Positions 47,552-57,205 are shown, counted from the stretch's first letter. The stretch is 64,000 nt of DNA from Promethearchaeota archaeon (GCA_019058365.1 JAHPZE010000026.1:1-64000); one strand, 5' to 3'. A program made the numbers and translations. Notes: generated by a model not told the origin, from the sequence alone.

Positions 47552-48896
47552 TCCAAGAACTTCTAAACCTTCTGAGTTTAGGACACAATATTTTAGAGAA
47601 CCGAATTTAGGATTATTATATTTAGCAGCAATCTTAGAATTACACGATATTCCCGTAGATATCTTAGATCTTGAACAATTTATAGATTTAAACGAATCTG
47701 AGTTAGAAAACCTAATTAAAGAAAGAATTATTGGATATAGAATTTTTGGAATTACGGCCCTTACCAATACTTTCCACCTTGCTCTTAACATTGCAAGAAT
47801 AATAAAAAACTATAAAGAGAATTTTGTTATATTAGGTGGTCCCCATGTCTCCTTTATGTATAAAGATATCCTGGAGCATGACAAGAAAACAGAAAATTTA
47901 ATCGATTTTATTTGTATAGGAGAAGCGGAGATTTCTTTTCTGGAATTGGTTAAAATACTAACAGCTCAGATTTCAGATAATAAACACTTAAGCAACTTTG
48001 AAACTCAATTACGCTCAGTTAAAGGGCTTGCTTTTATTAATTCAAAAGAAAAACTTATTGTTACTCAATCAGTTACAACACTAGATTTGAACAAATTACC
48101 TCTACCAGCTCGCTACAAATTATCTCAGGAAAATTATTACTACTCTGTAGCAAATGTAATTGTTAATAGAGGTTGTCCAAATCAATGTTCATTTTGCTCG
48201 AGACAAAATTTATTTAAAAAGACTCGAATCAGAAGTATTGAATCCATCTTAAGAGAAATTAGAGATATCCAATCCTTCCAAACTTATAATCAAATCAATT
48301 TTTATGATAATATCAATATTAATCGTAATTTTTTCAAAGATTTTTGTAGAATGTTCATTAAAAATAAGATTACAATCCCTTGGGGATGTGAACTCCGCGT
48401 AGATACAATAAGTTCTGAAGAAGCAGATTTGTTAAAAAAAGCAGGATGTCAATTAGTGGCAACTGGTATTGAATCTGCGAATAAAACCGTTCTTAAAAGA
48501 AATTTCAAATTTCAAGATCCCGAGCGAGTGAGAACTGGAATTACAAATCTAAAGAAATATGGGATTGCTATTCAAGCATATTTTGTGTTAGGCTTACCGA
48601 GTGAAACAGAACAAAGCTTTTATCAAACTGTTGAATACATAAAATCTTTACCATTAGATAAGAACGATGAATTGAACTACTTTATAGCAACTCCTTATCC
48701 CGGCTCTCGCTTATGGGATGAAAAAGAACGATTTGAAATTAAAATATTCGAGAACAACTTTATCAAATATGATTGTGAACACCTTATTTTCGAAACAAAA
48801 GAGTTAAAGAAAGATAAATTAGAAAAATTATATATTTCCGCAAAACAAATTGAAAAAAAAGAAGATAACTTAATAAATAATACTTTAAAATGGTGA
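47535..48896 (+). CDS. B12-binding radical SAM protein
   Basis: LLINP, NLGLLYLAA, LGGPH, GEAE, RGCPNQCSFC, GIES, GLPSET, PYPGS; start ATG 47535 or TTG 47508. Confidence 0.9.
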   Translation: MILLINPRTSKPSEFRTQYFREPNLGLLYLAAILELHDIPVDILDLEQFIDLNESELENLIKERIIGYRIFGITALTNTFHLALNIARIIKNYKENFVILGGPHVSFMYKDILEHDKKTENLIDFICIGEAEISFLELVKILTAQISDNKHLSNFETQLRSVKGLAFINSKEKLIVTQSVTTLDLNKLPLPARYKLSQENYYYSVANVIVNRGCPNQCSFCSRQNLFKKTRIRSIESILREIRDIQSFQTYNQINFYDNININRNFFKDFCRMFIKNKITIPWGCELRVDTISSEEADLLKKAGCQLVATGIESANKTVLKRNFKFQDPERVRTGITNLKKYGIAIQAYFVLGLPSETEQSFYQTVEYIKSLPLDKNDELNYFIATPYPGSRLWDEKERFEIKIFENNFIKYDCEHLIFETKELKKDKLEKLYISAKQIEKKEDNLINNTLKW

Positions 48897-48902
48897 ATTT
48901 AA

Positions 48903-49229
48903 ATTCCTAGTGATTTTACGCAAAAAATTATTAATTTAATTAAAAAAATTCCAGAGGGTAAAGTTCTCACTTATGGATTTATTGCTAAACTAGCAGGAAA
49001 TCCAAGAGCTGCCAGACAAGTGTCATGGATTTTACATTCATCTTCAAAAAAATATAATCTTCCTTGGCATCGAGTTATCAGTTCAAAAGGAAAAATAACG
49101 TTAAACACGGTTAAGGATTGTGAATATCAAAAAAAACTATTAGAACTAGAAGGAATTAAATTTTCAGATGGATTTAATGTAGATCTCAAGGAATATTTAT
49201 GGAAAATTAACTCTATTGAAGAAATCTAG
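48903..49229 (+). CDS. Alkyltransferase-like protein (ATL, MGMT family); probable ATT start
   Basis: Upstream frame IPSDFTQKIINLIKKIPEGKVLTYGFIAKLAGNPRAARQV, then LPWHRV (Trp replacing the catalytic Cys); GGTGA SD. Confidence 0.9.
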   Translation: MPSDFTQKIINLIKKIPEGKVLTYGFIAKLAGNPRAARQVSWILHSSSKKYNLPWHRVISSKGKITLNTVKDCEYQKKLLELEGIKFSDGFNVDLKEYLWKINSIEEI

Positions 49230-49243
49230 AATCAGTTTTTAAA

Positions 49244-49546
49244 TCAAAGATTTCTAGTTCTGTGTGGCAAACAGCTCGGAAATGTTCGAAAAAATATTGA
49301 AAATGCTACATCTTCTCTGCCTTCATGAATTAAATTTCTAACTCTTTTTAAATTCTCATTCTGTTCAACTAAAACTCTATTAGGAGAGCCCAATTGAGCA
49401 AAATCCATAATCTGTAATTGAAGATATTCGAATGCTCGCTTTTCATTATACTTTTTAAAGTTTTTAAAATCCTTTCTACAAACCTCTAAAATATTACCAT
49501 CAAGGGGCTTCTTAGGAAACTTTTCCTTTGCAATCGTATATGTCAT
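49244..49546 (-). CDS. Hypothetical protein
   Basis: 100-aa ORF with GTGTGA SD-like motif upstream of ATG; no recognised motif. Confidence 0.6.
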   Translation of the reverse strand: MTYTIAKEKFPKKPLDGNILEVCRKDFKNFKKYNEKRAFEYLQLQIMDFAQLGSPNRVLVEQNENLKRVRNLIHEGREDVAFSIFFRTFPSCLPHRTRNL

Positions 49547-49854
49547 TTATCTATCACACTTTAATGCTAAAGATCCAATTTATTTATTTTGATATAAATG
49601 TCAATTTTGATATAAAAAAGTTGTGACTTCCTAAAAAGACACACAATTAGATGATGATTATCGATGTTCCTCAAATATAATATTTCTTTCTATTTTACAT
49701 ATCAAGCAAGGATAATTTTATTAATAGAGTATTAACTCTAGAATAATGTAGATGCGCAATTTTTTTATGTTATCTATAAAACACACTATTATAAATAAAA
49801 AAACTCTACAAGATTATAAAAAGAACAATTATATAATTAAAAAAGGAAAAGCGA

Positions 49855-51138
49855 ATGGCTAAAAATGAATACTTTATTGGAGAGGCCTTAATCGGTGAAG
49901 CGCCTAATTTAGCTCACGTCGATCTGATAGTGGGTTCAAAAGATGGACCTGTAGGAATTTCTTTCGCAAATGCCTTAAGTACCCCCTCAAAGGGTCATGG
50001 TGGGTTGCTCGCTGCTATAAGGCCTAACCTCTTATCCAAACCAGTCTCATTAATCGTTCCTAAGGTTACTATAGCAGATATGGAAGATGCTAACAAAATA
50101 TTTGGTCCCGCTCAGGCAGCAGTAGCTAAAGGTATTGCTGATGCCGTAGAAGAAGGGTTAATCCCTATGAATAAATTGGATGAGTGGGTAATAATTGTGA
50201 GTGTATTTATTCATCCTGACGCTACAGATTACCGAAAGATCTATCAATTTAATTATGGTGCTACAAAACTGGCAATTCAGAGAGCTCTTAAGAATTATCC
50301 TCCAATAGAAAAGATATTTTATGATAAAGACCGTGCTAAACACCCAGTTGCGGGAATTCGGGTTCCTAGACTCTGGCGTCCACCATATATACAAGTAGCA
50401 TTAGATCATCCCGCCTTGGAAAAGCAAATTAAAGTTGTTAAGGATTTACCAAAGAGTGATCGTATCATACTGGAAGTTGGAACGCCATTTCTCAAGAAAT
50501 ATGGTGTTGAGTCAATTAAGCAAATTCGTGAAGTTGCAAGAGAAAAATTTATTGTTGCTGATTTAAAGACTTTGGATGTTGGAAAATTAGAAGTGGATTT
50601 TGCATTTGACGCAACAGCCGATGGAGTTGTAGCAAGTGGTTTAGCTGCTACGGCCTCACTTGATAAATTTATTATGGAAGCACAAAGACTCGGAATTCAT
50701 GCATTTGTTGATACAATGGAAGTTCAAAATCCAATTGAAAAGTTAAGTTCCTTAAAACAAATACCAGATGTCGTCATAATTCATAGGGGTATCGATGTCG
50801 AGCAATCTGCAGGAGATAAATCCCCTGATGCTCAACAACGACAGAGATGGTCATTAGTTCCGAAAATTAAAGAATTGTACGCAAGTAAGAAAAAAACTTC
50901 GGGAAAGGACAGGGTTTTAGTTGCAGTAGCAGGAGGTATTGAACCAAATACTGCCACATATGCGATAGAACAAGGAGCAGATATTTTAATAGTTGGAAGA
51001 TTTATCGCATCTGCCAAAGATGTTAAGTTTGCAATGAGAAGGATGCTTAGTGTTCTCCCAGGCTATCAAGACATAGATCTAAAACGAATTCATACAGAAG
51101 ACGATGATAATGAAGTAAAGAAGGCTACTTGGGATTGA
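49855..51138 (+). CDS. fae-hps: Bifunctional formaldehyde-activating enzyme / 3-hexulose-6-phosphate synthase
   Basis: GEALIG...AHVDL, FGPAQAAVAK..ADAVEEG, NYGATKLAI.RA; QVALD, EVGTP, ADLKTLDVG, HRGIDVE, VAGGI. Confidence 0.94.
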   Translation: MAKNEYFIGEALIGEAPNLAHVDLIVGSKDGPVGISFANALSTPSKGHGGLLAAIRPNLLSKPVSLIVPKVTIADMEDANKIFGPAQAAVAKGIADAVEEGLIPMNKLDEWVIIVSVFIHPDATDYRKIYQFNYGATKLAIQRALKNYPPIEKIFYDKDRAKHPVAGIRVPRLWRPPYIQVALDHPALEKQIKVVKDLPKSDRIILEVGTPFLKKYGVESIKQIREVAREKFIVADLKTLDVGKLEVDFAFDATADGVVASGLAATASLDKFIMEAQRLGIHAFVDTMEVQNPIEKLSSLKQIPDVVIIHRGIDVEQSAGDKSPDAQQRQRWSLVPKIKELYASKKKTSGKDRVLVAVAGGIEPNTATYAIEQGADILIVGRFIASAKDVKFAMRRMLSVLPGYQDIDLKRIHTEDDDNEVKKATWD

Positions 51139-51191
51139 AATTTCCTTATTTAGAAAATCTACTTAATTTTTTTTAACTTCTTCTTAAATTT

Positions 51192-52445
51192 CTAATTCTC
51201 TAGAGATTCTAATTTGAAAATTTTATCATTTTTTTTAACTGGTTTATCAACAATGATTCCAATGGCTATTCTATCTTTTTTAGATGAAATAAATGGGGTT
51301 TCAGTTAAATTTTTCTTTTGTTTGATTTGAATTGAATTTACTTGTTGCTTTAAATATGTGTCTGTATGAGTACCAATAATATAAATTTCGTCTTTTAACT
51401 TTATTTGACCCGAAGTTAAAAGTATTTTGGCTGCCATTTTTTCTGAAAAGTAATTTAGGACTTTTCCAATCTCAATTTTTTTATAATTAGAGATATTCCC
51501 ATCAAATTCTCTTTGAATTTCACTCCCTTTTGGCAATCCAAAATAAAAACCCGTTGAGAAACCTCGATTATATACTTTATTTAAGCGTTTTAACCAATCT
51601 TTAATTTTATCTTGAGTAAAAGTATTTTCATAATACGCATCAATAGCTTCTCTATAACATGAAGTTGTCTCTTCAATATAGATTGGATCTCTCATTCGAC
51701 CTTCTATTTTAAAAGCGTCTATTTTAGCTTCGATTAATTTTGGAATATGTTCAATCATACAGAGATCTTTCGAGTTAATAAAGAAAACGCCATCATATAA
51801 TAATTCATTATTTTGGTCATCATACACCCGCCATTTTCTTCTACATGGTTGAATGCATTTCCCTCTATTTGCTGAATAATCTTGGGATTGACAAATTTCC
51901 GCAGAGAAATAACATCGACCTGAAATCGAAGTACACTGAGCACCGTGAACAAAGGTTTCAATTTCAGTTTTACTAAGTTCCTTTTTAATATCTTCAATTT
52001 GGTGGAGTGATAATTCTCTTGCAAGAATTAATCTTTTTGCTCCTAAGGATTCATAGAATATTGCAGTTCGAGAATTAGAAATATTCGCTTGAGTAGATAT
52101 GTGAAAATTTAAACCCTTTTCTTTTACTAATTGAATAGCACCAATATCATGGATTATTACAGCATCAATTTCTGCCTCTACAGCTTTATCCAATACTTTG
52201 TCTAAAAAAGGGAATTCATTTTCATAAATAATTATATTTGTTGTGAGATAAGCGTGTGTATTATTATCATGGCAAGTTCTAACAATACTTTTCAACTCTC
52301 CAAGTTTAAAATTATCGCTATACATTCTCATATTAAGTGACTCAACACCGAAATACACTGCATCAGTTTTACCTAACACAGCATTCAAAGATTTATAATT
52401 TTTTAACGGAGCCATTAATTCAACTTTTCTAGAGTCATCTTTCAT
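51192..52445 (-). CDS. U32 peptidase-family protein (TrhP/RlhA-like Fe-S hydroxylase)
   Basis: ELMAP, HISTQAN, LARELS, HGAQCTSISGRC, NRGKCIQPCR, KIEGR. Confidence 0.92.
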   Translation of the reverse strand: MKDDSRKVELMAPLKNYKSLNAVLGKTDAVYFGVESLNMRMYSDNFKLGELKSIVRTCHDNNTHAYLTTNIIIYENEFPFLDKVLDKAVEAEIDAVIIHDIGAIQLVKEKGLNFHISTQANISNSRTAIFYESLGAKRLILARELSLHQIEDIKKELSKTEIETFVHGAQCTSISGRCYFSAEICQSQDYSANRGKCIQPCRRKWRVYDDQNNELLYDGVFFINSKDLCMIEHIPKLIEAKIDAFKIEGRMRDPIYIEETTSCYREAIDAYYENTFTQDKIKDWLKRLNKVYNRGFSTGFYFGLPKGSEIQREFDGNISNYKKIEIGKVLNYFSEKMAAKILLTSGQIKLKDEIYIIGTHTDTYLKQQVNSIQIKQKKNLTETPFISSKKDRIAIGIIVDKPVKKNDKIFKLESLEN

Positions 52446-52602
52446 TGTTTTTATACCAATAATAATTTAATTCCAGCTTGACTATTTGTAAATAGTATCA
52501 CATAAGCTAAATATTTAGTACTAACTTATTAATGAGGAAAAATTAAAGCCTGAAGTATTTAAAAAGAGAGAAATAAAATAATTTAAAGACTATATTAATG
52601 CT

Positions 52603-54858
52603 TTATTTTATCGGGCGACTATTAGCTTGAAATATCGGTCCGATAAACTGGGAATACAAACGACTATAACCTTCTTGATTGGAAACAACTGTTATCATGT
52701 CAGCTTCGTTTTCAGTGGCTGGAGCAAGAATTACCTCCTCTGCATCTCGAGTAACTGCGAAAAATTCTCCTGCAGTTTGTAATTGTCTGAATTGTATGTT
52801 CCCAAGTTGCTTCATCTTCCCTATAATTCCGCTATACTGCTGTAGATCCCAGTGACTGGTCAGCATGAAGCGAGCCGCCTTTTTCTGAAAAGCATATTCA
52901 GAGACAACTTGTAATATATCAGGGACGACGTATGGAGTAACAATGATGATCGAAGATTTTACGCGATAAACTGCATCTTTTATAGCAGCAACCATAGCAT
53001 CTTTTCCCACTACTGGCCAAGTTGTAACCTTAGCTATTTCAGGAATTGAACTTGAGGCATTATAAATATCATTTAACTTTCCTTCGTTATTTTCTGCTGA
53101 TTCAGTGGAATCATCAATAGAATTCATGAACTGTAATGTGAAGTCTGCGATTGCATCTTTTATATTTTGAATAGTATCTTTTGTCGTATTTGATAAGCTA
53201 TTTTGGAGGGTCTTTGCATTTTGTTCATATTTAGATTTATGATCTGCGAGCATATCAGTTAAGTTTGTATTCATATCTTTTGCTTCAGCATCCCATAATC
53301 TAATTTCACTATTTATTTTATCTGAAGAATCTCTTTTGCCACTATCGAAATTCATATCGACATCTCTAGTCCAATCTGCGCTTATCTTTTTAAATTCAAC
53401 ATCAAAGTCAGTATAATTTTTTAGAGAATTGTCTTTATGATTATTTATTGCATCATCATATTGTCTATGATGTTGTTTGAGTGAACTTTCTAGAGAATCC
53501 TTTAACTTTATTCTTGTATCGGAACAGTCTTTTACACCACTTTGAAGGGTATCATCAACTTCACCAGCTAGATCGGTTGCTAAGTTTTCTAATTGAGCAT
53601 TTATGGTTTCCTGAGTCCTATAATCAAGATCATTAGTTTCTAAAGTCAATCCATCATTTTCTTTTATCATAATATCTGTTACATCAGATTTTATCTGTTC
53701 TGTGGTTATGCGTGTATTTGAGATGTAATCTTCACTTGTTTTAATAAAATCTGGTTTCATAGGTTCTGTATATTTTAAAATATTCTCAATAGTTGTCTTA
53801 TGTCGAGCTTTATATTTTTTCTTCTTTCCCAGCCATAAAAATCCTTTTTTTGCCATATCTTCAGAAAAGTCAGTAAACCTATTTGCATGTTCAAGTAAAT
53901 TATCAATTAAGGTTAAAGTCATACTTTTAAAATCATTTGTTTGGTCGGTTAAGGTTCTATGCCTATCATCTATTGTAGCTTTTAAACTTGTTTGGAGAGT
54001 GTCTGTAGTGTTCTTTACATGATTTGTGTGCTCTTTTAACAAATTCGAAATTTTAGCTTTTAAATCAGTGATTACTTTATCCATACGTTCTAAATATTTC
54101 TCAAGAATTTGTTCCATTTTCGGTTTAAGTTGGTTTGCGATATTTTTATGTCTTTCAACATGTTCATCCAACTCCATCTTCAATTGTTTTTCTAAATTTT
54201 CAACTCTACTTGAAAAATCAAGTAATAATTTCGAAATCAATGATGTTAGATCGTCTCTTGTCTTGGTAATTTCAGTTTCATTTTTATTAACAATTGTCTC
54301 TGAGATATTTTTTAAATTTGAATTTAAAGTATCCATTATAGTATGAATATTACTTTCTAATGCCTTGTTAGTCTCAGTAAAACGCGTAGTGGCACCATCT
54401 ATTCGACTCTTTTTAGCATTATTCTTAGAATCAGAATCTTCAAAAAAGGTTTTAATTTGAGTATTAACGGCATGTTCTACCTCTCCAATACTTTTATTTT
54501 GAATCGCTTCAAGTTTCTCAAACCGATCAGACTGATCAGCTAGTATAGTATCTTTAATTCTAGCAATTTCACTTCTAAAATTCTCTGATTCATTTGTAAA
54601 TAATTCGAAATATGGTTCAAGTGGAATATATCTATCAATAATTCCTTCAACTCGTTTGAGGAACCCTTTCTCAACTAACCAATTGGTGATTTCTAATACA
54701 GTTTCATATTGTAACCCGTCATGTTCATCCACTAAAGTCATGTAGACTTCAGAAGGAGTTGCACGAGGTACTCGCAAATAGACTAAATAAATATTAATAT
54801 GGTCTTCGGCAAATCCGTATCGTGTGAATACCTCTTTAGTGAAATCTTTTAACGACAT
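52603..54858 (-). CDS. TrmB-like winged helix, long helical/coiled-coil insert and C-terminal TrmB/PLD-like domain
   Basis: N-term YG......IYL..L....T.SEV...L...LVEKGFL...YIPLEP; C-term VVG......I......KSSIIIVTP...RDAEEVILAP; GGAG SD. Confidence 0.75.
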   Translation of the reverse strand: MSLKDFTKEVFTRYGFAEDHINIYLVYLRVPRATPSEVYMTLVDEHDGLQYETVLEITNWLVEKGFLKRVEGIIDRYIPLEPYFELFTNESENFRSEIARIKDTILADQSDRFEKLEAIQNKSIGEVEHAVNTQIKTFFEDSDSKNNAKKSRIDGATTRFTETNKALESNIHTIMDTLNSNLKNISETIVNKNETEITKTRDDLTSLISKLLLDFSSRVENLEKQLKMELDEHVERHKNIANQLKPKMEQILEKYLERMDKVITDLKAKISNLLKEHTNHVKNTTDTLQTSLKATIDDRHRTLTDQTNDFKSMTLTLIDNLLEHANRFTDFSEDMAKKGFLWLGKKKKYKARHKTTIENILKYTEPMKPDFIKTSEDYISNTRITTEQIKSDVTDIMIKENDGLTLETNDLDYRTQETINAQLENLATDLAGEVDDTLQSGVKDCSDTRIKLKDSLESSLKQHHRQYDDAINNHKDNSLKNYTDFDVEFKKISADWTRDVDMNFDSGKRDSSDKINSEIRLWDAEAKDMNTNLTDMLADHKSKYEQNAKTLQNSLSNTTKDTIQNIKDAIADFTLQFMNSIDDSTESAENNEGKLNDIYNASSSIPEIAKVTTWPVVGKDAMVAAIKDAVYRVKSSIIIVTPYVVPDILQVVSEYAFQKKAARFMLTSHWDLQQYSGIIGKMKQLGNIQFRQLQTAGEFFAVTRDAEEVILAPATENEADMITVVSNQEGYSRLYSQFIGPIFQANSRPIK

Positions 54859-54879
54859 ATCTTTTTCTCCATTAAATTG

Positions 54880-54895
54880 AATTTGAATTCAAATT
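54880..54895. promoter_or_regulatory. Perfect 16-bp palindrome AATTTGAATTCAAATT, candidate operator
   Basis: Self-complementary; 22 bp upstream of the start of 52603..54858. Confidence 0.4.
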
Positions 54896-55172
54896 AAACT
54901 AGATTTAAGATGAATTCCTTATTATTATTTTAATCTGAAAATGTTTAATAATATTTTCAAAATTTCAGAATTTAAATTTAAGGTTTAAGGGATTTTTTTC
55001 TATTAAGGATAATCGAATTCTAGTGTAAGAATAGCTTTATAGTACATAAGTGTCTATATATCGAATGATAATTCAGTAAATCAAATTAATTTTATGGGGT
55101 ACAATTATTCCTCAATCTTTTTTATATGATACCTGTTAATTTACTTAAACCAATTTAGGTGTTCAAAATAAA

Positions 55173-55877
55173 ATGAAAAAGTTAAATAAAATATTTATCG
55201 GAATTTTTACTTTCGCAATTTTCTTATCATTATTCAACGTTAGTACTGTATTAGCTACTCCAGATACTCAAATTCCCGTCAGCAATCCCGGTTTATATCA
55301 ATATCAGGTGCAGGCAAATCATAGTTTAACATGGCAATTTCAATTGCAAACGAGACTGACAGTTCAAGCAAATATATCAGTTCAAGGATATATCAATTGT
55401 AGTGAAGCTCCGAAAATCGGAGATAAACATTTTGAAATTGAACTTGAAGCAGAGAATGACCTTGAAATGAATATGACATGTACAGAAGAACAGAAAGAAT
55501 TAGGATTATTACTAGGAAACAGATATCAAGTAAGAAATCAAAATCGTAACTTATTATATCAAGAAGGGTTTTGCATAAGGATTCAGACAAATAAATCAGG
55601 AGCAGAACAAATTAAGGCACAACTTAAAATTCAAGCAAATAATAGAAATCATGAGGGAACATGGGCTTACTATGATGAAACCGAAGAAGAATGGGTAGCT
55701 GTTCCAACAACAGAACAAGGAGGATATTTAGTTGCCGAAACTAACCACTTTTCTACCTGGACGATTCTTTTACCTGAAACTGATGATGCAATTTGGGGTT
55801 TTGTAGGTATTGAAGTTGTTTTTATAGGAGTAGTAGTCTTAGCTGTTGTTTTAGTGGTATATCGGAAAAGAAAGTAA
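55173..55877 (+). CDS. Secreted, C-terminally membrane-anchored protein
   Basis: Signal peptide MKKLNK-hydrophobic-VLA; beta-rich ectodomain; TNHFSTW; TM helix followed by YRKRK. Confidence 0.85.
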   Translation: MKKLNKIFIGIFTFAIFLSLFNVSTVLATPDTQIPVSNPGLYQYQVQANHSLTWQFQLQTRLTVQANISVQGYINCSEAPKIGDKHFEIELEAENDLEMNMTCTEEQKELGLLLGNRYQVRNQNRNLLYQEGFCIRIQTNKSGAEQIKAQLKIQANNRNHEGTWAYYDETEEEWVAVPTTEQGGYLVAETNHFSTWTILLPETDDAIWGFVGIEVVFIGVVVLAVVLVVYRKRK

Positions 55878-55933
55878 AAATAATCATAAAATTTTTTTTT
55901 TAAAATTTTTATATAATACCAAAAATAAATTGA

Positions 55934-57196
55934 ATGAATTTGTCGGATATTATTAGATTAGGAAAAAAAAATAGGCATTTTTATGTCGTTATTCTACTTC
56001 TTTTAATATTTTTCATTGAATCTAGTTTATCACTCTCTAATGTAAATGCACGAAAAGAAAAAGTTAATGGTTTTTCAACTCTAGATTCTATTAAACCAAA
56101 AGAAAGAGTACTTTATGAGTTTATGAATAATAATACATTCGAAATTTCAACAGATACATATATTGATCTTTATATTGAGTATGAAAACAGTATTAGCTAC
56201 CGTCAAACCTATTTTATAATAAATAATAGTCTACCAGTTTCATTAAACATATCGACAAAGTCAAATTTACAGAATTTTGGAGTAATTCAATCTCCACAAA
56301 AGCCCCAAAGAGCCAATTATCAATTTCAATTTGGTTATAATTGTATTTTTAGGATAAGAATGAATACATCACTTTCTAACTTAACCATTAGATACAAAAA
56401 AAATCAACTTTATAATATAAATCCGGGGACAACATATTCATTAGCTATATTCGAATCTAATCAAGACTCGTGGAAACTAATTAACACTATTGAGAGAACC
56501 AATGTCACTACCTCTGAAAAAACCTTAGAAAGTTCTCTTTCAAACCTTCAGCAGGATACTGATTACTTTATCACACTTTTAGAAGTTGGGATTATTCAGA
56601 CTGATTGGACTTGGTTAGTAATCACAATTGTAATAATTGCTGTTGGAATTGCATCTTTAGTAGTTTTAATTTCAAAAAAGGATTATTTCCAGTATCTAAG
56701 AACAAGGACAGTTCCAATTGAGAAGGGCGCACATCGATTATCATTAGATGATGTTTTAGAAAATGAAAATCGAAATAAAATAATTGAATTAATTCTAACT
56801 GAACCTGGGATACATTTCAATGAATTATTACGTAGAACGGGGTTAGCTGCAGGAAATTTAGTCTGGCATCTTGATATTCTTCAAACATATAAAATTATTG
56901 GAAAAAAAAGAATAGGTAATTTTATCGCCTATTTTCCATATTATCAAAAAAATCCAATTTCAAATGTAAATTTAAAGTTACAAAAGAGTAAATTAACTCT
57001 AGAGATTTTGGAAATGATTGAAAAAAGACCTGGAATATGGAATAACTTAATTACTAAAAAATTTAAAGTAGATCATAAGACTATTCAATACCATTTAAAC
57101 AAACTAATTGATCTCGGTCTGATTAAACTAGAAAAGGAAGGTAGGAAAAAGAAAATATATCCCAATTTCGAATCTGATTATTTTAATCAGGAATAA
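55934..57196 (+). CDS. Membrane-spanning transcriptional regulator: ectodomain, TM and tandem winged helix (COG3398-like)
   Basis: N-terminal hydrophobic helix; TM WTWLVITIVIIAVGIASLVVLI; VLENENRNKIIELILTEPGIHFNELLR..GNLVWHL; second HTH TIQYHLNKLIDLGLI. Confidence 0.85.
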   Translation: MNLSDIIRLGKKNRHFYVVILLLLIFFIESSLSLSNVNARKEKVNGFSTLDSIKPKERVLYEFMNNNTFEISTDTYIDLYIEYENSISYRQTYFIINNSLPVSLNISTKSNLQNFGVIQSPQKPQRANYQFQFGYNCIFRIRMNTSLSNLTIRYKKNQLYNINPGTTYSLAIFESNQDSWKLINTIERTNVTTSEKTLESSLSNLQQDTDYFITLLEVGIIQTDWTWLVITIVIIAVGIASLVVLISKKDYFQYLRTRTVPIEKGAHRLSLDDVLENENRNKIIELILTEPGIHFNELLRRTGLAAGNLVWHLDILQTYKIIGKKRIGNFIAYFPYYQKNPISNVNLKLQKSKLTLEILEMIEKRPGIWNNLITKKFKVDHKTIQYHLNKLIDLGLIKLEKEGRKKKIYPNFESDYFNQE

Positions 57197-57205
57197 TGAT
57201 AATGC

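Noticed and set aside
49640-49720. Possible C/D-box sRNA (ATGATGA at ~49651)
   Set aside because: No matching CTGA D box or terminal stem at a suitable distance
52603-54858. Calling the 751-aa protein an SMC ATPase, chemoreceptor or active phospholipase D
   Set aside because: No Walker A/B or signature motif, no MCP hairpin consensus, no HKD motif
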